Program-made: the position numbers and the translations under genes
NCBI GenBank assembly: GCA_051546255.1
Contig: CP128819.1
Coordinates: forward strand, 62,001 to 126,000
Length of the DNA stretch: 64,000 nt
Direction of reading: 5' to 3'
Source of the DNA: Meyerozyma guilliermondii
Taxonomy: Eukaryota
The notes under the pieces: generated by a model
Seen by the model: only the letters and a program-made list of their open reading frames with translations
What the model was told of the DNA's origin: nothing
The model's database searches: none
In this document: positions 51,818 to 63,605 of the stretch, in pieces
Position numbering within the stretch: position 1 is the first letter of the stretch
How the letters are laid out: each line of letters opens with the position of its first letter

Positions 51818-54800
51818 TCAAATAATGTACGAAAGTAAAATGACACCCATCGCTCCCAATGGGAACGAGAAGCTTGAAGCGCTTCCTTCATAGGTGGAGA
51901 CGCTTGCACTTTGAGGTGGGGAATAGTATGAGACTGTAGACGAAACGCCAGGGAAGTTTCCAGATGGGGTGTTTCCACCGTTTCCATTATCACCTCCATT
52001 ACCACCATTCCCACCATTCCCACCATTTCCACCATTTCCATCATTTCCATCATTTCCACCGTTTCCACCTGAAGTGGTTGGCTCAATGGGTGTTCCGGAA
52101 GTTGTGGTTGGTGTTCCAGTTGTGGCTGGAGGCACGTTAGTATCGTCGGTAGGCACGGTTCCAGCAGGAGGCACTATAACAGTAGTAGTAGGTTCTGAAG
52201 GATTAGAAGGTCCAGTTGGGACATTGGGTTCTGATGGTCCATTAGGTCCAGTAGGTTCAGATGGTTCAGATGGTCCGGTTGGAACAGAAGGTCCAGTGGG
52301 CTCGGTGGGACCAGTTGGAACGTTTGGCCCAGAAGGTCCAGTTGGAACAGAAGGTCCAGTGGGTCCAGTTGGAACAGAAGGTCCAGTGGGTCCAGTTGGA
52401 ACAGAAGGTCCAGTAGGCTCAGTGGGTTCAGTTGGTCCAGTAGGCTCGGTAGGTTCAGTTGGAACAGAAGGTCCAGTAGGACCAGTGGGTTCAGTTGGTC
52501 CAGTAGGCTCGGTAGGTCCAGTTGGAACAGAAGGTCCGGTAGGAACAGTTGGCTCACTAGTTGGGCCAGTTGGAACAGAAGGTCCGGTAGGAACAGTTGG
52601 CTCACTAGTTGGGCCAGTTGGAACAGTAGGACCAGTAGGACCAGTTGGAACGCTAGGTCCAGAAGGTCCAGTTGGTCCCGTAGGTCCAGTAGGTTCAGTG
52701 GGTCCTGTTGGTTCACTAGTTGGGCCCGTTGGAACAGAAGGTCCAGTAGGAACAGTTGGCTCACTGGTTGGGCCGGTAGGTTCAGTTGGGCCAGTTGGAA
52801 CACTAGGTCCAGTTGGAACAGAAGAAGAGGGTCCAGTTGGTCCAGTTGGTACCGATGTTGGTGGAACTTCAGATGAGGAAGATGGACCCTCAGAAGAAGA
52901 AGGTCCAGAAGGTCCGGTTGGAACTGAGGATGATGGTACCTCAGAAGATGAAAGTTCAGAAGGTCCGGTTGGAACAGATGTTGATGGAACTTCAGATGAC
53001 GAAGATGGTCCCTCAGAAGAAGATGGTCCACTAGGTCCAGTTGGCACTGATGTTGGAGGAACTTCAGATGAGGAAGATGGTACCCCGGAAGTAAGGGATA
53101 CGGATGTTGAGCTGATCAAGACACTCGAAGACGAGGTCAATGATGAACTTGAAACCGTAGGGACGGACGTATTCGAAAATGGAGGAATGTATGAAGAGCT
53201 CAATGATTCCGATGAAGAAAATGACGAAACAGACGAGACAGAAAGTGTCGAGAATCCGGACGAGCTCAAAGATGAACTGGAAAGTTCTGAAGAACTCGAA
53301 GGAGGCTCGGAAATTCTCGATGTTGGAACATCAACTACCACAGTATTAGTTCCACCAGGAGGAGCGGTGATAGTTGTAGTAGTGGTCTCGGTACCAGTCC
53401 AAGTCTTGGTAATGGTTGTGGTTGGGGTTGGTACCTCAACAACCACTGTCTCAGTTCCACCGGAAGAAGCTGGAGGAAGGGTAACAGTTGTGGTGTTAGT
53501 GCCAGTCCAGGTACTTGTGATTGTAGTTGCGGGAGTGGGGACATCAACTACCACAGTATTAGTTCCACCAGGAGGAGCAGTAATAGTTGTAGTAGTGGTC
53601 TCGGTACCAGTCCAAGTCTTGGTAATGGTTGTGGTTGGGGTTGGAACTTCAACGACTACTGTCTCAGTTCCACCGGAAGAAGCTGGAGGAACAGTCACAG
53701 TGGTGGTGTTAGTGCCAGTCCAAGTGCTAGTGATGGTGGTAGCAGGAGTAGGAACATCAACTACCACAGTATTAGTTCCACCTGGAGGAGCGGTGATAGT
53801 TGTAGTTGTGGTTTCAGTTCCGGTCCAAGTCTTGGTGATAGTGGTCGTAGGAGTTGGAACCTCAACAACGACTGTTTCAGTGCCTCCGGATGAAGCTGGA
53901 GGGACGGTAGTAGTTGTGGTGTTGGTACCAGTCCAGGTGCTAGTGATGGTGGTAGCAGGAGTAGGAACATCAACTACCACAGTATTAGTTCCACCAGGTG
54001 GAGCAGTGATAGTTGTAGTTGTGGTTTCAGTTCCGGTCCAGGTCTTCGTAATCGTGGTCGTAGGAGTAGGTACTTCAACAACAACCGTCTCAGTGCCTCC
54101 GGAGGATGCTGGAGGGATAGTGACAGTAGTAGTGTTAGTTCCGGTCCAAGTGCTAGTGATGGTGGTAGCAGGAGTTGGAACATCAACCACTACTGTGTTG
54201 GTTCCTCCTGGAGGAGCAGTAATGGTAGTAGTTGTGGTTTCGGTTCCGGTCCAAGTCTTAGTGATTGTAGTCGTAGGAGTTGGTACCTCAACAACCACTG
54301 TCTCAGTGCCTCCGGAAGAAGCTGGAGGAAGGGTAACAGTTGTGGTATTAGTACCAGTCCAGGTACTAGTGATTGTAGTTGCGGGAGTGGGGACATCAAC
54401 TACCACAGTATTAGTTCCACCAGGAGGAGCAGTAATAGTTGTAGTAGTGGTCTCGGTACCAGTCCAAGTCTTGGTAATGGTTGTGGTTGGGGTTGGAACT
54501 TCAACGACTACTGTCTCAGTTCCACCGGAAGAAGCTGGAGGAACAGTCACAGTGGTGGTGTTAGTGCCAGTCCAAGTGCTAGTGATGGTGGTAGCAGGAG
54601 TAGGAACATCAACTACCACAGTATTAGTTCCACCTGGAGGAGCGGTGATAGTTGTAGTTGTGGTTTCAGTTCCGGTCCAAGTCTTGGTGATAGTGGTCGT
54701 AGGAGTTGGAACCTCAACAACGACTGTTTCAGTGCCTCCGGATGAAGCTGGAGGGACGGTAGTAGTTGTGGTGTTGGTACCAGTCCAGGTGCTAGTGATG

Positions 54801-57286
54801 GTGGTAGCAGGAGTAGGAACATCAACTACCACAGTATTAGTTCCACCAGGTGGAGCAGTGATAGTTGTAGTTGTGGTTTCAGTTCCGGTCCAGGTCTTCG
54901 TAATCGTGGTCGTAGGAGTAGGTACTTCAACAACAACCGTCTCAGTGCCTCCGGAGGATGCTGGAGGGATAGTGACAGTAGTAGTGTTAGTTCCGGTCCA
55001 AGTGCTAGTGATGGTGGTAGCAGGAGTTGGAACATCAACCACTACTGTGTTGGTTCCTCCTGGAGGAGCAGTAATGGTAGTAGTTGTGGTTTCGGTTCCG
55101 GTCCAAGTCTTAGTGATTGTAGTCGTAGGAGTTGGTACCTCAACAACCACTGTCTCAGTGCCTCCGGAAGAAGCTGGAGGAAGGGTAACAGTTGTGGTAT
55201 TAGTACCAGTCCAGGTACTAGTGATTGTAGTTGCGGGAGTGGGGACATCAACTACCACAGTATTAGTTCCACCAGGAGGAGCAGTAATAGTTGTAGTAGT
55301 GGTCTCGGTACCAGTCCAAGTCTTGGTAATGGTTGTGGTTGGGGTTGGAACTTCAACAACGACTGTCTCAGTTCCACCAGATGAAGCTGGAGGGATAGTG
55401 ACAGTCGTGGTATTAGTCCCAGTCCAGGTACTTGTGATGGTGGTGGCGGGAGTTGGAACATCAACCACTACTGTGTTGGTTCCTCCTGGAGGAGCAGTAA
55501 TGGTAGTAGTTGTGGTTTCGGTTCCGGTCCAAGTCTTAGTGATTGTAGTCGTAGGAGTTGGTACCTCAACAACCACTGTCTCAGTTCCACCAGAAGTAGC
55601 TGGAGGGATAGTAACAGTAGTAGTGTTAGTTCCGGTCCAGGTGCTAGTGATGGTGGTAGCAGGAGTAGGTACATCAACTACTACTGTGTTGGTACCGCCA
55701 GGAGGAGCAGTAATGGTAGTAGTAGTAGTTTCAGTTCCGGTCCACGTTTTTGTTACTGTGGTAGTTGGAGTTGGAACTTCAACGACCACTGTCTCGGTTC
55801 CACCAGAGGAAGCTGGAGGAACAGTCACAGTGGTGGTGTTAGTACCAGTCCAAGTGCTGGTAATTGTAGTTCTTGGAGTAGGTACATCGACTACTACTGT
55901 GTTAGTTCCACCAGGTGGAGCAGTAATGGTAGTAGTGGTGGTTTCAGTTCCCGTCCAAGTCTTGGTAATAGTTGTAGTTGGCGTTGGCACATCCACAACT
56001 ACTGTTTCAGTTCCACCAGAAGGAGCAGTAATCGTACTCGTCGTAGAAAATGAACCTGTCCAAGTAGAAGTGATTGTAGTTGCTGGAGTAGGTACATCAA
56101 CTACTACTGTAGCGGTTCCACCAGGAGTAGCAGTCTTGGTGGTGGTAACAGTATTGGTTCCAGTCCAGGTACTGGTGACAGTAGTAGTTGGAATAGGAAC
56201 ATCAACCTCGATGGTTTTGGTGTTACCAGGAGCGGTGTTGTATGGCAAAGTAGTGACTCTGGTTGTTGAACCAGTCCATGTTCTTGTGGTAACCACAGCT
56301 GCGTTACCGTCAGAACCACTGTCAGTATTCTGGGGCTGACCCCAATTCACTCCCTGTCCGTTACTGTGTACGGTTGGGTCTCCGTTACAGAAGTAGTCGT
56401 TGGTGTAGTGCACAATAAATCCGTTGTTGCCTGAAGGAGCAGATCCCATGATGTCGATAAAGGGACGGAATCCAGCAGGCACATTGTTATAGGTGGCGGT
56501 GAAGGTGTTACCAGTACAAGTGGTTTGAAAGTTGAAGTTCTGCGAGCTTTCAGGGAAGAACCAGTCGTTGAGTTGCAGAGTGATTTGAGCTTGTAAAGTG
56601 CTGCAGTCCAAGTTTGTGTTGTCGACGGTGATTCCCAACGTACCACTGATATAACCATTGTCACATTTTCCCGCCGCTAAAAAATGCTGGAGCGTATTGA
56701 GAGAGGGAACAAATCTGGAGCCCACAATAATGTTGTTAGGGTCAAGGGGCCCTAACATTTGACCGCCATTGAAGTTAACATTTGTACTGATCTCGTTGTT
56801 TCCATCAGTAAAAGTCACGGTATTGTCACCAGCCTTGAAACACTTGGCGTTGGTAAGATCAACCGCATTGGCAGTTAGACCAGTATTAAAGAACATGGGC
56901 ACGGTAAGAGTACCAGAGACGTCGGTTTGGTCATTCACAAGGTCGGACATGGTACATTGAAGCTCGGAATAAGTGGTAATGATTTCTCCGGAGTAGAAAT
57001 TACACGTCGCATAAACGTCATTATTCACTTTCAATTGTACAGTTGGGGTATTAGCGGTGAATTGGAAGACGCATGGCATGTGCAAAGTAAACGTGTCGCC
57101 TGCCTTGAACTTGGAACCTTGAATAGCCCAGTCAAGTGTGGCAACCCAACTGGAAAATTCGGGCAATGGCTTATAGTAGTTGCCACCAGCTTGCCAAACT
57201 AAACTCGGAAACCCAGTAAATACTCCAGACACCTGAGCTGCCGAGGCTACGGCTGCCCACAAGGTGAAAAGAAATAATGGGGTCAT
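51818..57286 (-). CDS. ALS-family GPI-anchored cell-wall adhesin, about 1822 aa
   Basis: Signal peptide, NT-Als domain with 8 Cys ([12 protein letters not shown]), [11 protein letters not shown]-domain, Thr-rich tandem repeats, Ser/Pro stalk, STYEGSAS + hydrophobic GPI tail; ATG 57286; TATAAAA (minus strand) 57366-57372. Confidence 0.95.
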   Translation of the reverse strand: MTPLFLFTLWAAVASAAQVSGVFTGFPSLVWQAGGNYYKPLPEFSSWVATLDWAIQGSKFKAGDTFTLHMPCVFQFTANTPTVQLKVNNDVYATCNFYSGEIITTYSELQCTMSDLVNDQTDVSGTLTVPMFFNTGLTANAVDLTNAKCFKAGDNTVTFTDGNNEISTNVNFNGGQMLGPLDPNNIIVGSRFVPSLNTLQHFLAAGKCDNGYISGTLGITVDNTNLDCSTLQAQITLQLNDWFFPESSQNFNFQTTCTGNTFTATYNNVPAGFRPFIDIMGSAPSGNNGFIVHYTNDYFCNGDPTVHSNGQGVNWGQPQNTDSGSDGNAAVVTTRTWTGSTTRVTTLPYNTAPGNTKTIEVDVPIPTTTVTSTWTGTNTVTTTKTATPGGTATVVVDVPTPATTITSTWTGSFSTTSTITAPSGGTETVVVDVPTPTTTITKTWTGTETTTTTITAPPGGTNTVVVDVPTPRTTITSTWTGTNTTTVTVPPASSGGTETVVVEVPTPTTTVTKTWTGTETTTTTITAPPGGTNTVVVDVPTPATTITSTWTGTNTTTVTIPPATSGGTETVVVEVPTPTTTITKTWTGTETTTTTITAPPGGTNTVVVDVPTPATTITSTWTGTNTTTVTIPPASSGGTETVVVEVPTPTTTITKTWTGTETTTTTITAPPGGTNTVVVDVPTPATTITSTWTGTNTTTVTLPPASSGGTETVVVEVPTPTTTITKTWTGTETTTTTITAPPGGTNTVVVDVPTPATTITSTWTGTNTTTVTIPPASSGGTETVVVEVPTPTTTITKTWTGTETTTTTITAPPGGTNTVVVDVPTPATTITSTWTGTNTTTTTVPPASSGGTETVVVEVPTPTTTITKTWTGTETTTTTITAPPGGTNTVVVDVPTPATTITSTWTGTNTTTVTVPPASSGGTETVVVEVPTPTTTITKTWTGTETTTTTITAPPGGTNTVVVDVPTPATTITSTWTGTNTTTVTLPPASSGGTETVVVEVPTPTTTITKTWTGTETTTTTITAPPGGTNTVVVDVPTPATTITSTWTGTNTTTVTIPPASSGGTETVVVEVPTPTTTITKTWTGTETTTTTITAPPGGTNTVVVDVPTPATTITSTWTGTNTTTTTVPPASSGGTETVVVEVPTPTTTITKTWTGTETTTTTITAPPGGTNTVVVDVPTPATTITSTWTGTNTTTVTVPPASSGGTETVVVEVPTPTTTITKTWTGTETTTTTITAPPGGTNTVVVDVPTPATTITSTWTGTNTTTVTLPPASSGGTETVVVEVPTPTTTITKTWTGTETTTTTITAPPGGTNTVVVDVPTSRISEPPSSSSELSSSSLSSSGFSTLSVSSVSSFSSSESLSSSYIPPFSNTSVPTVSSSSLTSSSSVLISSTSVSLTSGVPSSSSEVPPTSVPTGPSGPSSSEGPSSSSEVPSTSVPTGPSELSSSEVPSSSVPTGPSGPSSSEGPSSSSEVPPTSVPTGPTGPSSSVPTGPSVPTGPTEPTGPTSEPTVPTGPSVPTGPTSEPTGPTEPTGPTGPTGPSGPSVPTGPTGPTVPTGPTSEPTVPTGPSVPTGPTSEPTVPTGPSVPTGPTEPTGPTEPTGPTGPSVPTEPTEPTGPTEPTEPTGPSVPTGPTGPSVPTGPTGPSVPTGPSGPNVPTGPTEPTGPSVPTGPSEPSEPTGPNGPSEPNVPTGPSNPSEPTTTVIVPPAGTVPTDDTNVPPATTGTPTTTSGTPIEPTTSGGNGGNDGNDGNGGNGGNGGNGGNGGDNGNGGNTPSGNFPGVSSTVSYYSPPQSASVSTYEGSASSFSFPLGAMGVILLSYII
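53325..55995 (-). repeat. ALS tandem-repeat array: alternating 105/108-bp units (213-bp dimer), about 12.5 dimers
   Basis: 35-aa [35 protein letters not shown] alternating with 36-aa [36 protein letters not shown]. Confidence 0.95.
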
Positions 57287-57519
57287 TTTCAGCGAAAGTG
57301 AAAACAAGTTCAAGTTCTAAGAAGTGTTCAACAAATTTCTGAGGAATTTTTAGCAAACTGCTTGGTTTTATAGGTTTTGCAGACGCTGCAGCCAACGCCT
57401 CAACTTGCGCTTTGCAACCATATCCCAAACGAGCCATATTGTTCACTACATTTGTCGGAACTTGGCCCTAGTTTGGTCGAATGCTGCAAGTGATACTTGC
57501 CTCATGCAGCCGCACAAAG

Positions 57520-59740
57520 TATACAGCGGCAAGCCGCGGTGGCCTCGCCTGTATTTCCAAATTGGGAGTTTCGTGCAGTGAACAATAGTTAGCATTGCAG
57601 CCATGTAGTCAACGTGCAGCTAAAGAGTTGCAGCTACAACGTAAAGTTTTTTGAGCTGCCGAGTTATGCACCATTCCTTGCTCCCGCCTCTTCACAGACC
57701 CCAATGCAGCTATGCTGATATTCGTTGCCCAAATAAACCTAAAATCTCACCGTTGCTGCTTAGCTGCAGTCCAACATTCCATGCATTATATTCGAGATTC
57801 ATGCTGGTTATATGCAGTATTAAAACGTCTGATTCCAAATCTAACAGATTTTCAACATCCCGGTTATCCAGTTGCTTGATTTACAGGATCTGAAGGATTC
57901 GTCAAATTATCGAACCTTTTTCGAGCAGCAAATATCTGTTGCATGGCTTTGTAGTTCATGACTAAACTATGCAATGCAATGCGGGGTGGTGGTGATTGGA
58001 GCCCCGTGCAGGCTCGACGTTGTGAGCGCAGTAGAAGTAGCTGTTGCAGCCGAGCAATGCCTGACCTCCATCGAACCGCCTTGAATTTTCCATTCTAGAT
58101 TGCGAGCGTTGTATTTTAGGTTAACTGTCATGTACGCCGAGATTAACGGAACGGGCCGAGTAATGCGTGAAACTGGATGACGCTGCAAGCATGAATGTAA
58201 AATCTGACTAATTGGGCTGAACAATGCACCGAAGTTGTTCACGTAGAGCAATTTTTCGACACTCAAAGTCAATCCATTTGAAAATGATTGAAATAATAAA
58301 ATTTTTCTGTTCAATTCTTGCTCTCCTCACTTTTCCTTAATCTTTGACCTCTATTGCTTAATCCTCCTTTTATGTTACTCATTCTACACGAAAATTAGTA
58401 TCTGTCTTCAAAAGCAAATTTGGCTGACCATTTTCATATTTCACTCAGAGTAATGCGGATTGCATGAGCAGAAATGCAGCTACTCGCCGCCAACAATGCA
58501 GTTCTTGCTTTACTTCATGCATAGAATTTTGGATAACATATGCGGCACGGGGCCCCCGCCTCTATCTCTGAATTGGGAGTTTCATGCAGATGGATGTTGG
58601 AGAACGTTGCAGCTATGTCATGTAGCAGTGGACGTGCAGCTAACAGCAAGTTGCTGCTGTAATCTAGGACCTTATGCCGCCAATTTATACACCATTTTCT
58701 CCCGAACACTTCACATCTCTCTGCTGCACCCGGTGTTGGCGCATATTCTTCTCCACAAATGAAAATTAAATTCTCACCATTGCTGCTTAGCTGCAGTCCG
58801 ACTTTCAATGCATCAAAACTCTTGCATATAACATGCATATTACGCAGCACGTTAAATTTTTTTGGGGTAGCAATATACAGGATGCCAAAAGACTTTTTTT
58901 AGATTACCTCTACACACAGCCACGTAAGGTCACCATACACATAGTGACTTTAAGATAGTCTTTCAGTATCAACATACATAGCCTGTGCCCCAACATCTAC
59001 AGTAGTTTAAAAGTCGCATCGCTTATTCTTATCTATTTGACGTGCGAAGCCTGATCTGGATCTTACGTGCATGAAAATAACGGCTTAGTCCTGCATTGTA
59101 CAACAATATACTTTGTATCACGTTCCGAGGCAATAAGTTGCTAGCACCCGGGAGTATATTCAGTGGCTCAATTGAGCTCTATTGATGAATTCGTCGATTA
59201 ATCGCGTCATCTTTGCAGTTCAGTTGCATGGTTCAAACGCCCATGACTATACTATGCAATGCAATGCGGGATAGATGATGTGATCAGATCCCGGTGCAGG
59301 TCCGTGGTTTACGAATGCAGTTGTTGCAGCCGAGCAATGCCTGACAACTATTGAAAACGCCTTGGCTCTTGCATGTAGGTTGCGAACGCATGCATTTTAG
59401 ATTATCTGCCATGTACTTCGAATGACGCCAACATACCGTCTAGCTGAAGTAAGCTATTGGCAGTCTAATGCGTTAAAGTTGATGCACCCATGATTGTGTA
59501 AATCGACTAATAGGGTTGAACAATGATGTCGTGGTTTGCAATGTGTGGTTTCGACATTTTGAAAAAGGCAAATTATTCGATTAAAGTATTCAGTCGTATT
59601 ACTCGACTCGGAAAAAAATATCAGTCTCCGAATTTTGGGTCCCCAATATTTTCGTATTTCACTGCGTGTAATGCGGATTACATCAACAAAACTGCAGCTA
59701 CACGCCGCCAATAATACAATACGTATGCATCGAATTGAAA
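57520..59740. repeat. Diverged non-coding tandem duplication (about 1.0 kb and 1.2 kb copies) upstream of the ALS gene
   Basis: Collinear identical blocks: 57561/58572, 57753/58780 (20 bp), 57966/59251 (20 bp), 58042/59322 (24 bp), 58450/59668. Confidence 0.85.
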
Positions 59741-61391
59741 ATTTGCGTACACATGCAGCATCATCATATTGATGCACCTCTACAACAATGTAACAGAACT
59801 GTGGTTACGAGCGCATTTACCATTCAAACTTGGCATTTCGGCAGGGGTTGCCTTGCATACTTATGCCGTCTAAGTAAGCGGCAATGTCCAATCTAAGCCA
59901 CATGACAACATTCGACATGATGATTTGAAATTTCGAGCGTGCGTAAATGCAGACTTATTTTTGGATATGCGAATAAGCAGGGAAGGTCGAAAATGAAGTG
60001 CATTTACGTCAGACTTGGCTTTTTTGCTGATCGTGCTGAATGTCAGAATCAAGTTCTTTTTTGCTAAATCGGTGAATTCCGAACATTTATGCGCTGTTAC
60101 CGAGCCTTTGCGTAGATACTGAAACATCATAGAAGTAATGCATAAGAAATGAGTGCAAAAAAATGAGTTTCTGGCAATCTTTTGAAATTGCCCACTACGT
60201 TAGCCTGGATATTGATCCTGGTGATTTCAGTTAATCAGGCACTTAGAAAAGGAAGGTTTACTTTTTTTGCTTGAAAGAAAAATTGGCTAGAATGAAGCAT
60301 TTGATCGGATCAATTTAATATTGATCTTTTCAGCCCGTATGCCCTTTCTTGACTTGTTGAATGCAGAATCAACTAAGATTAGTAGCCAGGAAACCAATTA
60401 CTGATATATTGATTTATTGGCTTAAGAATAGCATAACCAGACCAAGTTATCCGCTTTTTGAATTTCCCAAATATCCAAGAAGTTGAGACAAAAATTTTAT
60501 AGGGTTATTAACTCAACTTGAAAAGGGAGGTAATATCCCTTCTTTTGCTTGTCAATGGCAATTGGAACTGGCTAGAAAGGTTTTTTAAATGGCTGCGAAA
60601 AATGTCGGAGAATAATTCGGAGGAGAAAGAATGCAAGAGTATGTAGTTCGTGTTCTTCGTAAAAAGAAGCGAAATGACCACCAAATCTATCTTGTGATTC
60701 TCAGTTTTGAATTAGTTAAATTTTTCTCATTCTCACAAACTCTTCTCACTTTTCCATTTTTTCAGATTATGCAAATATCGCAAATATGAACCAAACCATA
60801 AAAATTACCACCATTCCACACTCAACCCCCGACCTGTAATTGAACTAACAATCCCACTTTTTTGCATCCAACGTATTCACCAAATCATGAATTTGCAGCC
60901 ATTCACCGAAAGTGAACTAAACCAACCAACCAACCAAAACCATCCAAACCAAAACCAAAACCACAAAACCACAAATACACAAGCTTACGAAACCACAACG
61001 AAGCCAGAACTGTTCATTATGATCCCAATCGAAATCCATTCGTCTGTTGAATTAGCTGATTACGTGATGATATCCTTTTGGTGTTATGAGCTATGATCTA
61101 CTCTATACTGTAGTATTTTACGGTAGTATAGTACTTATCCTAGGGTATCGGATCCAATTGACTTGTTTTATGTATCAATCAATATCCTAGCTCTGTTGTT
61201 TATAACTTTATATTTAATATTTGTAAACTTGAACTCGTAAACTTCCTAAATTCAGGGCGTTACCCGGCAATGTGAGTCACGTGCATAACAACAATCATCT
61301 AATGGAGCTGCTCTGTGGTTCTGAGGTTAGCCCCCCACCATTTCAGCCCAGTACACCACGCAACTCAAGCCCGCTGACTAAATCAAACTTA

Positions 61392-62918
61392 ATGTTTCGA
61401 CCCTCTGGTCTTCTTCGTACTTCGATCAAAAGACTAGACGCGATCAACAAACAACTATCCACAATGGCTCCTACTGCTTCAGAGAAACATTACGACTACT
61501 TGGTAATTGGTGGCGGTTCGGGAGGTGTGGCTTCGGCTCGCCGTGCTGCTTCTTATGGTAAAAAAGTGTTGTTGGTGGAGGCTCAATTTAACAAGTTGGG
61601 GGGCACCTGTGTCAACGTGGGGTGTGTACCCAAGAAGGTGATGTGGTATGCTGCCGATAATGCTCATAGAAAGAGCCAATTGGGTGCTTATTGTTTACCT
61701 GGTGGGGGAGAGACTTCGTATGGTGAATTTGCTTGGAGTGAATTCAAGGAAAAAAGAGACGCTTATGTTCGTCGTTTGAATGGGATCTACGAGCGCAACT
61801 TGATCAAGGAGGGCGTGGACTTTTTGTTTGGTTTTGCTAGGTTTATCAATTCCAATGGTGATGTCGAAGTGACGGTTTCTGAGGACCACGAATTTTTATC
61901 GAAAAAAGTCACCAAGAATGAAAAATTGACTTTTTCTGCTGACAATGTCTTGATTGCTACGGGCGGTGCTCCTATTGTTCCTCCAAATGTTGAGGGAAGC
62001 GAATTGGGTATAACTTCCGATGGGTTTTTCGAGTTGAAAAAACAGCCCAAATCGGTGGCTATTGTGGGTGCCGGATACATTGGTGTGGAGTTTTCGGGGT
62101 TTTTCCTGGCTTTGGGCACTCAAACGTCGATGGTGATTCGTGGAGACACCGTTTTGAGAGCTTTTGACGAAGTTATTCAAAATACTATCACTGACCACTA
62201 CGTTAACAAATTGGGTATCAATATGATCAAACAAAGCGGCAGTGTTTCCAAGATTGAAAAGCTCGAAAACGGACTCAAGAAAGTGTATTTGGGCAACGGA
62301 ACCTCCCTCGAGGCAGAAGAAGTGTTGTGGACCATCGGAAGAAAATCTTTGGTCGATATTGGTTTGGACATTGTCGGTGTAAAAACCAACGAAAAGGGCC
62401 AGGTGGTGGCAGACGAGTACCAGCAAACATCCAATCCCAAGATATTTTCGTTGGGAGATGTGGTTGGAAAAGTGGAATTGACTCCAGTGGCTATTGCTGC
62501 GGGCCGTAGATTGAGCAACCGTTTGTTTTCTGGTAAACCAGAATTTGCCCATGCCAAATTGGATTATGAGAATATTCCTTCTGTGATCTTTTCACATCCT
62601 GAAGCTGGTTCGATTGGATTGTCTTCCAAGGACGCAGAGAAGAAATATGGTAAGGAAAATATTAAGGTTTACCAATCCAAATTCACTTCGATGTACTATG
62701 CCATGATGGACCAAGATCACAAGGATCCCACGGTGTACAAGATTGTTTGTGCGGGTAAAGACGAAAAGGTGGTGGGACTCCATCTTGTGGGAGATGCCAG
62801 TTCTGAAATTTTACAAGGATTTGGAGTGGCTATTAAAATGGGAGCCACCAAGGCTGACTTTGACAATTGCGTAGCCATCCACCCCACCGCTGCCGAGGAG
62901 TTGGTGACGATGACCTAG
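61392..62918 (+). CDS. GLR1: Glutathione reductase (ATG 61392 with presequence; second ATG 61464)
   Basis: [45 protein letters not shown]. Confidence 0.97.
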   Translation: MFRPSGLLRTSIKRLDAINKQLSTMAPTASEKHYDYLVIGGGSGGVASARRAASYGKKVLLVEAQFNKLGGTCVNVGCVPKKVMWYAADNAHRKSQLGAYCLPGGGETSYGEFAWSEFKEKRDAYVRRLNGIYERNLIKEGVDFLFGFARFINSNGDVEVTVSEDHEFLSKKVTKNEKLTFSADNVLIATGGAPIVPPNVEGSELGITSDGFFELKKQPKSVAIVGAGYIGVEFSGFFLALGTQTSMVIRGDTVLRAFDEVIQNTITDHYVNKLGINMIKQSGSVSKIEKLENGLKKVYLGNGTSLEAEEVLWTIGRKSLVDIGLDIVGVKTNEKGQVVADEYQQTSNPKIFSLGDVVGKVELTPVAIAAGRRLSNRLFSGKPEFAHAKLDYENIPSVIFSHPEAGSIGLSSKDAEKKYGKENIKVYQSKFTSMYYAMMDQDHKDPTVYKIVCAGKDEKVVGLHLVGDASSEILQGFGVAIKMGATKADFDNCVAIHPTAAEELVTMT

Positions 62919-63126
62919 AGAGAATAGAGGCGGTTACTTATTATTTGCTATTGCTATTGATATTATCATTTGCTATCATCTTCATTCTTCTGCTATCTTG
63001 CTGTCATTACACTTTTTTCTGCTCATTTCATTACTATTTTCATTCTTTGCTATTTCTGATCGTCTATCTGCCTGCTACTTCCTGCTTCTATCGTACACTG
63101 TTTCTTTTCTCCTTTTCTCCTACTTT

Positions 63127-63447
63127 TCAATGCCGTGCTCGTTTTGGTGGGGGGCCACGAACAGGCGGCTTGGGTTTGTCTCCTGGCTTCATAAAGAACA
63201 TGGGCGCATTTCGCAAGATTTCCGGCACAGAAATGTATCGTATCATGGATCCACGCACAAAAACTTGGTTCATATGAGTGGTGGCTCCGGTGCGGCCCTT
63301 GGTGACTACTACATCGTAAAGTGAAAGATTCATGTTATCTTCATTTTCAAGGAGCTTGCCTCGGTATGTGTCTCCAGTGACAAGTTCCAACGATACAACG
63401 TGGCCCTGGGCTTCATTGAGAAGCTTGACGGGAATTCCTGCTGACAT
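63127..63447 (-). CDS. SMD3: Sm core protein D3
   Basis: MSAGIPVKLLNEAQGHVVSLE...YRGKLLENEDNMN...VFVRGSMIRY...NAPMF; ATG 63447. Confidence 0.95.
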   Translation of the reverse strand: MSAGIPVKLLNEAQGHVVSLELVTGDTYRGKLLENEDNMNLSLYDVVVTKGRTGATTHMNQVFVRGSMIRYISVPEILRNAPMFFMKPGDKPKPPVRGPPPKRARH

Positions 63448-63605
63448 CAGTGGTGTTCGCAAGATGCCAAAAAGTGCATCTGGAAGTGATGAGAATCGTA
63501 GCGGGCAGGTGCGGCACGTGACCAGAATCACCTGACCACTGATAAATAAGCAGTAATCTGCTGCAATACTCTGTTGCAATACTCTGCTAACTTTAGCTTA
63601 TTTTA

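Noticed and set aside
52174..55677. Series of Leu/Gln/Pro-rich 70-285 aa ORFs within the ALS gene
   Set aside because: Off-frame translations of the tandem repeats; useful only as markers of repeat periodicity.
51969..56339. 1456-aa plus-strand ORF antisense to the ALS gene
   Set aside because: Codon-register mirror of Thr/Pro/Gly/Val repeats that rarely yields antisense stops; GTG start; V/G-rich shadow sequence.
60887..61096. 69-aa ORF ending CYEL, considered as an a-factor-like CaaX pheromone precursor
   Set aside because: CYEL is a poor CaaX (acidic a2), the N-terminal half comes from an AAC/AACC simple-sequence tract, and I saw no PRE upstream. Not fully excluded without expression data.
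61060..61115. GTGATGA as a box C of a snoRNA
   Set aside because: No downstream CTGA box D at a suitable distance and no recognisable rRNA guide.
57287..61391. Long intergenic as a possible centromere or LTR remnant
   Set aside because: No inverted-repeat arms, TG...CA LTR ends, target-site duplication or transposase/pol fragments seen; a long adhesin promoter explains it. CENP-A ChIP would be needed.
63540..63600. Possible 5' UTR intron of the zinc-cluster gene (GCTAAC TTTAG)
   Set aside because: Branch/acceptor-like sequence is present but there is no convincing donor within the 158-bp intergenic.
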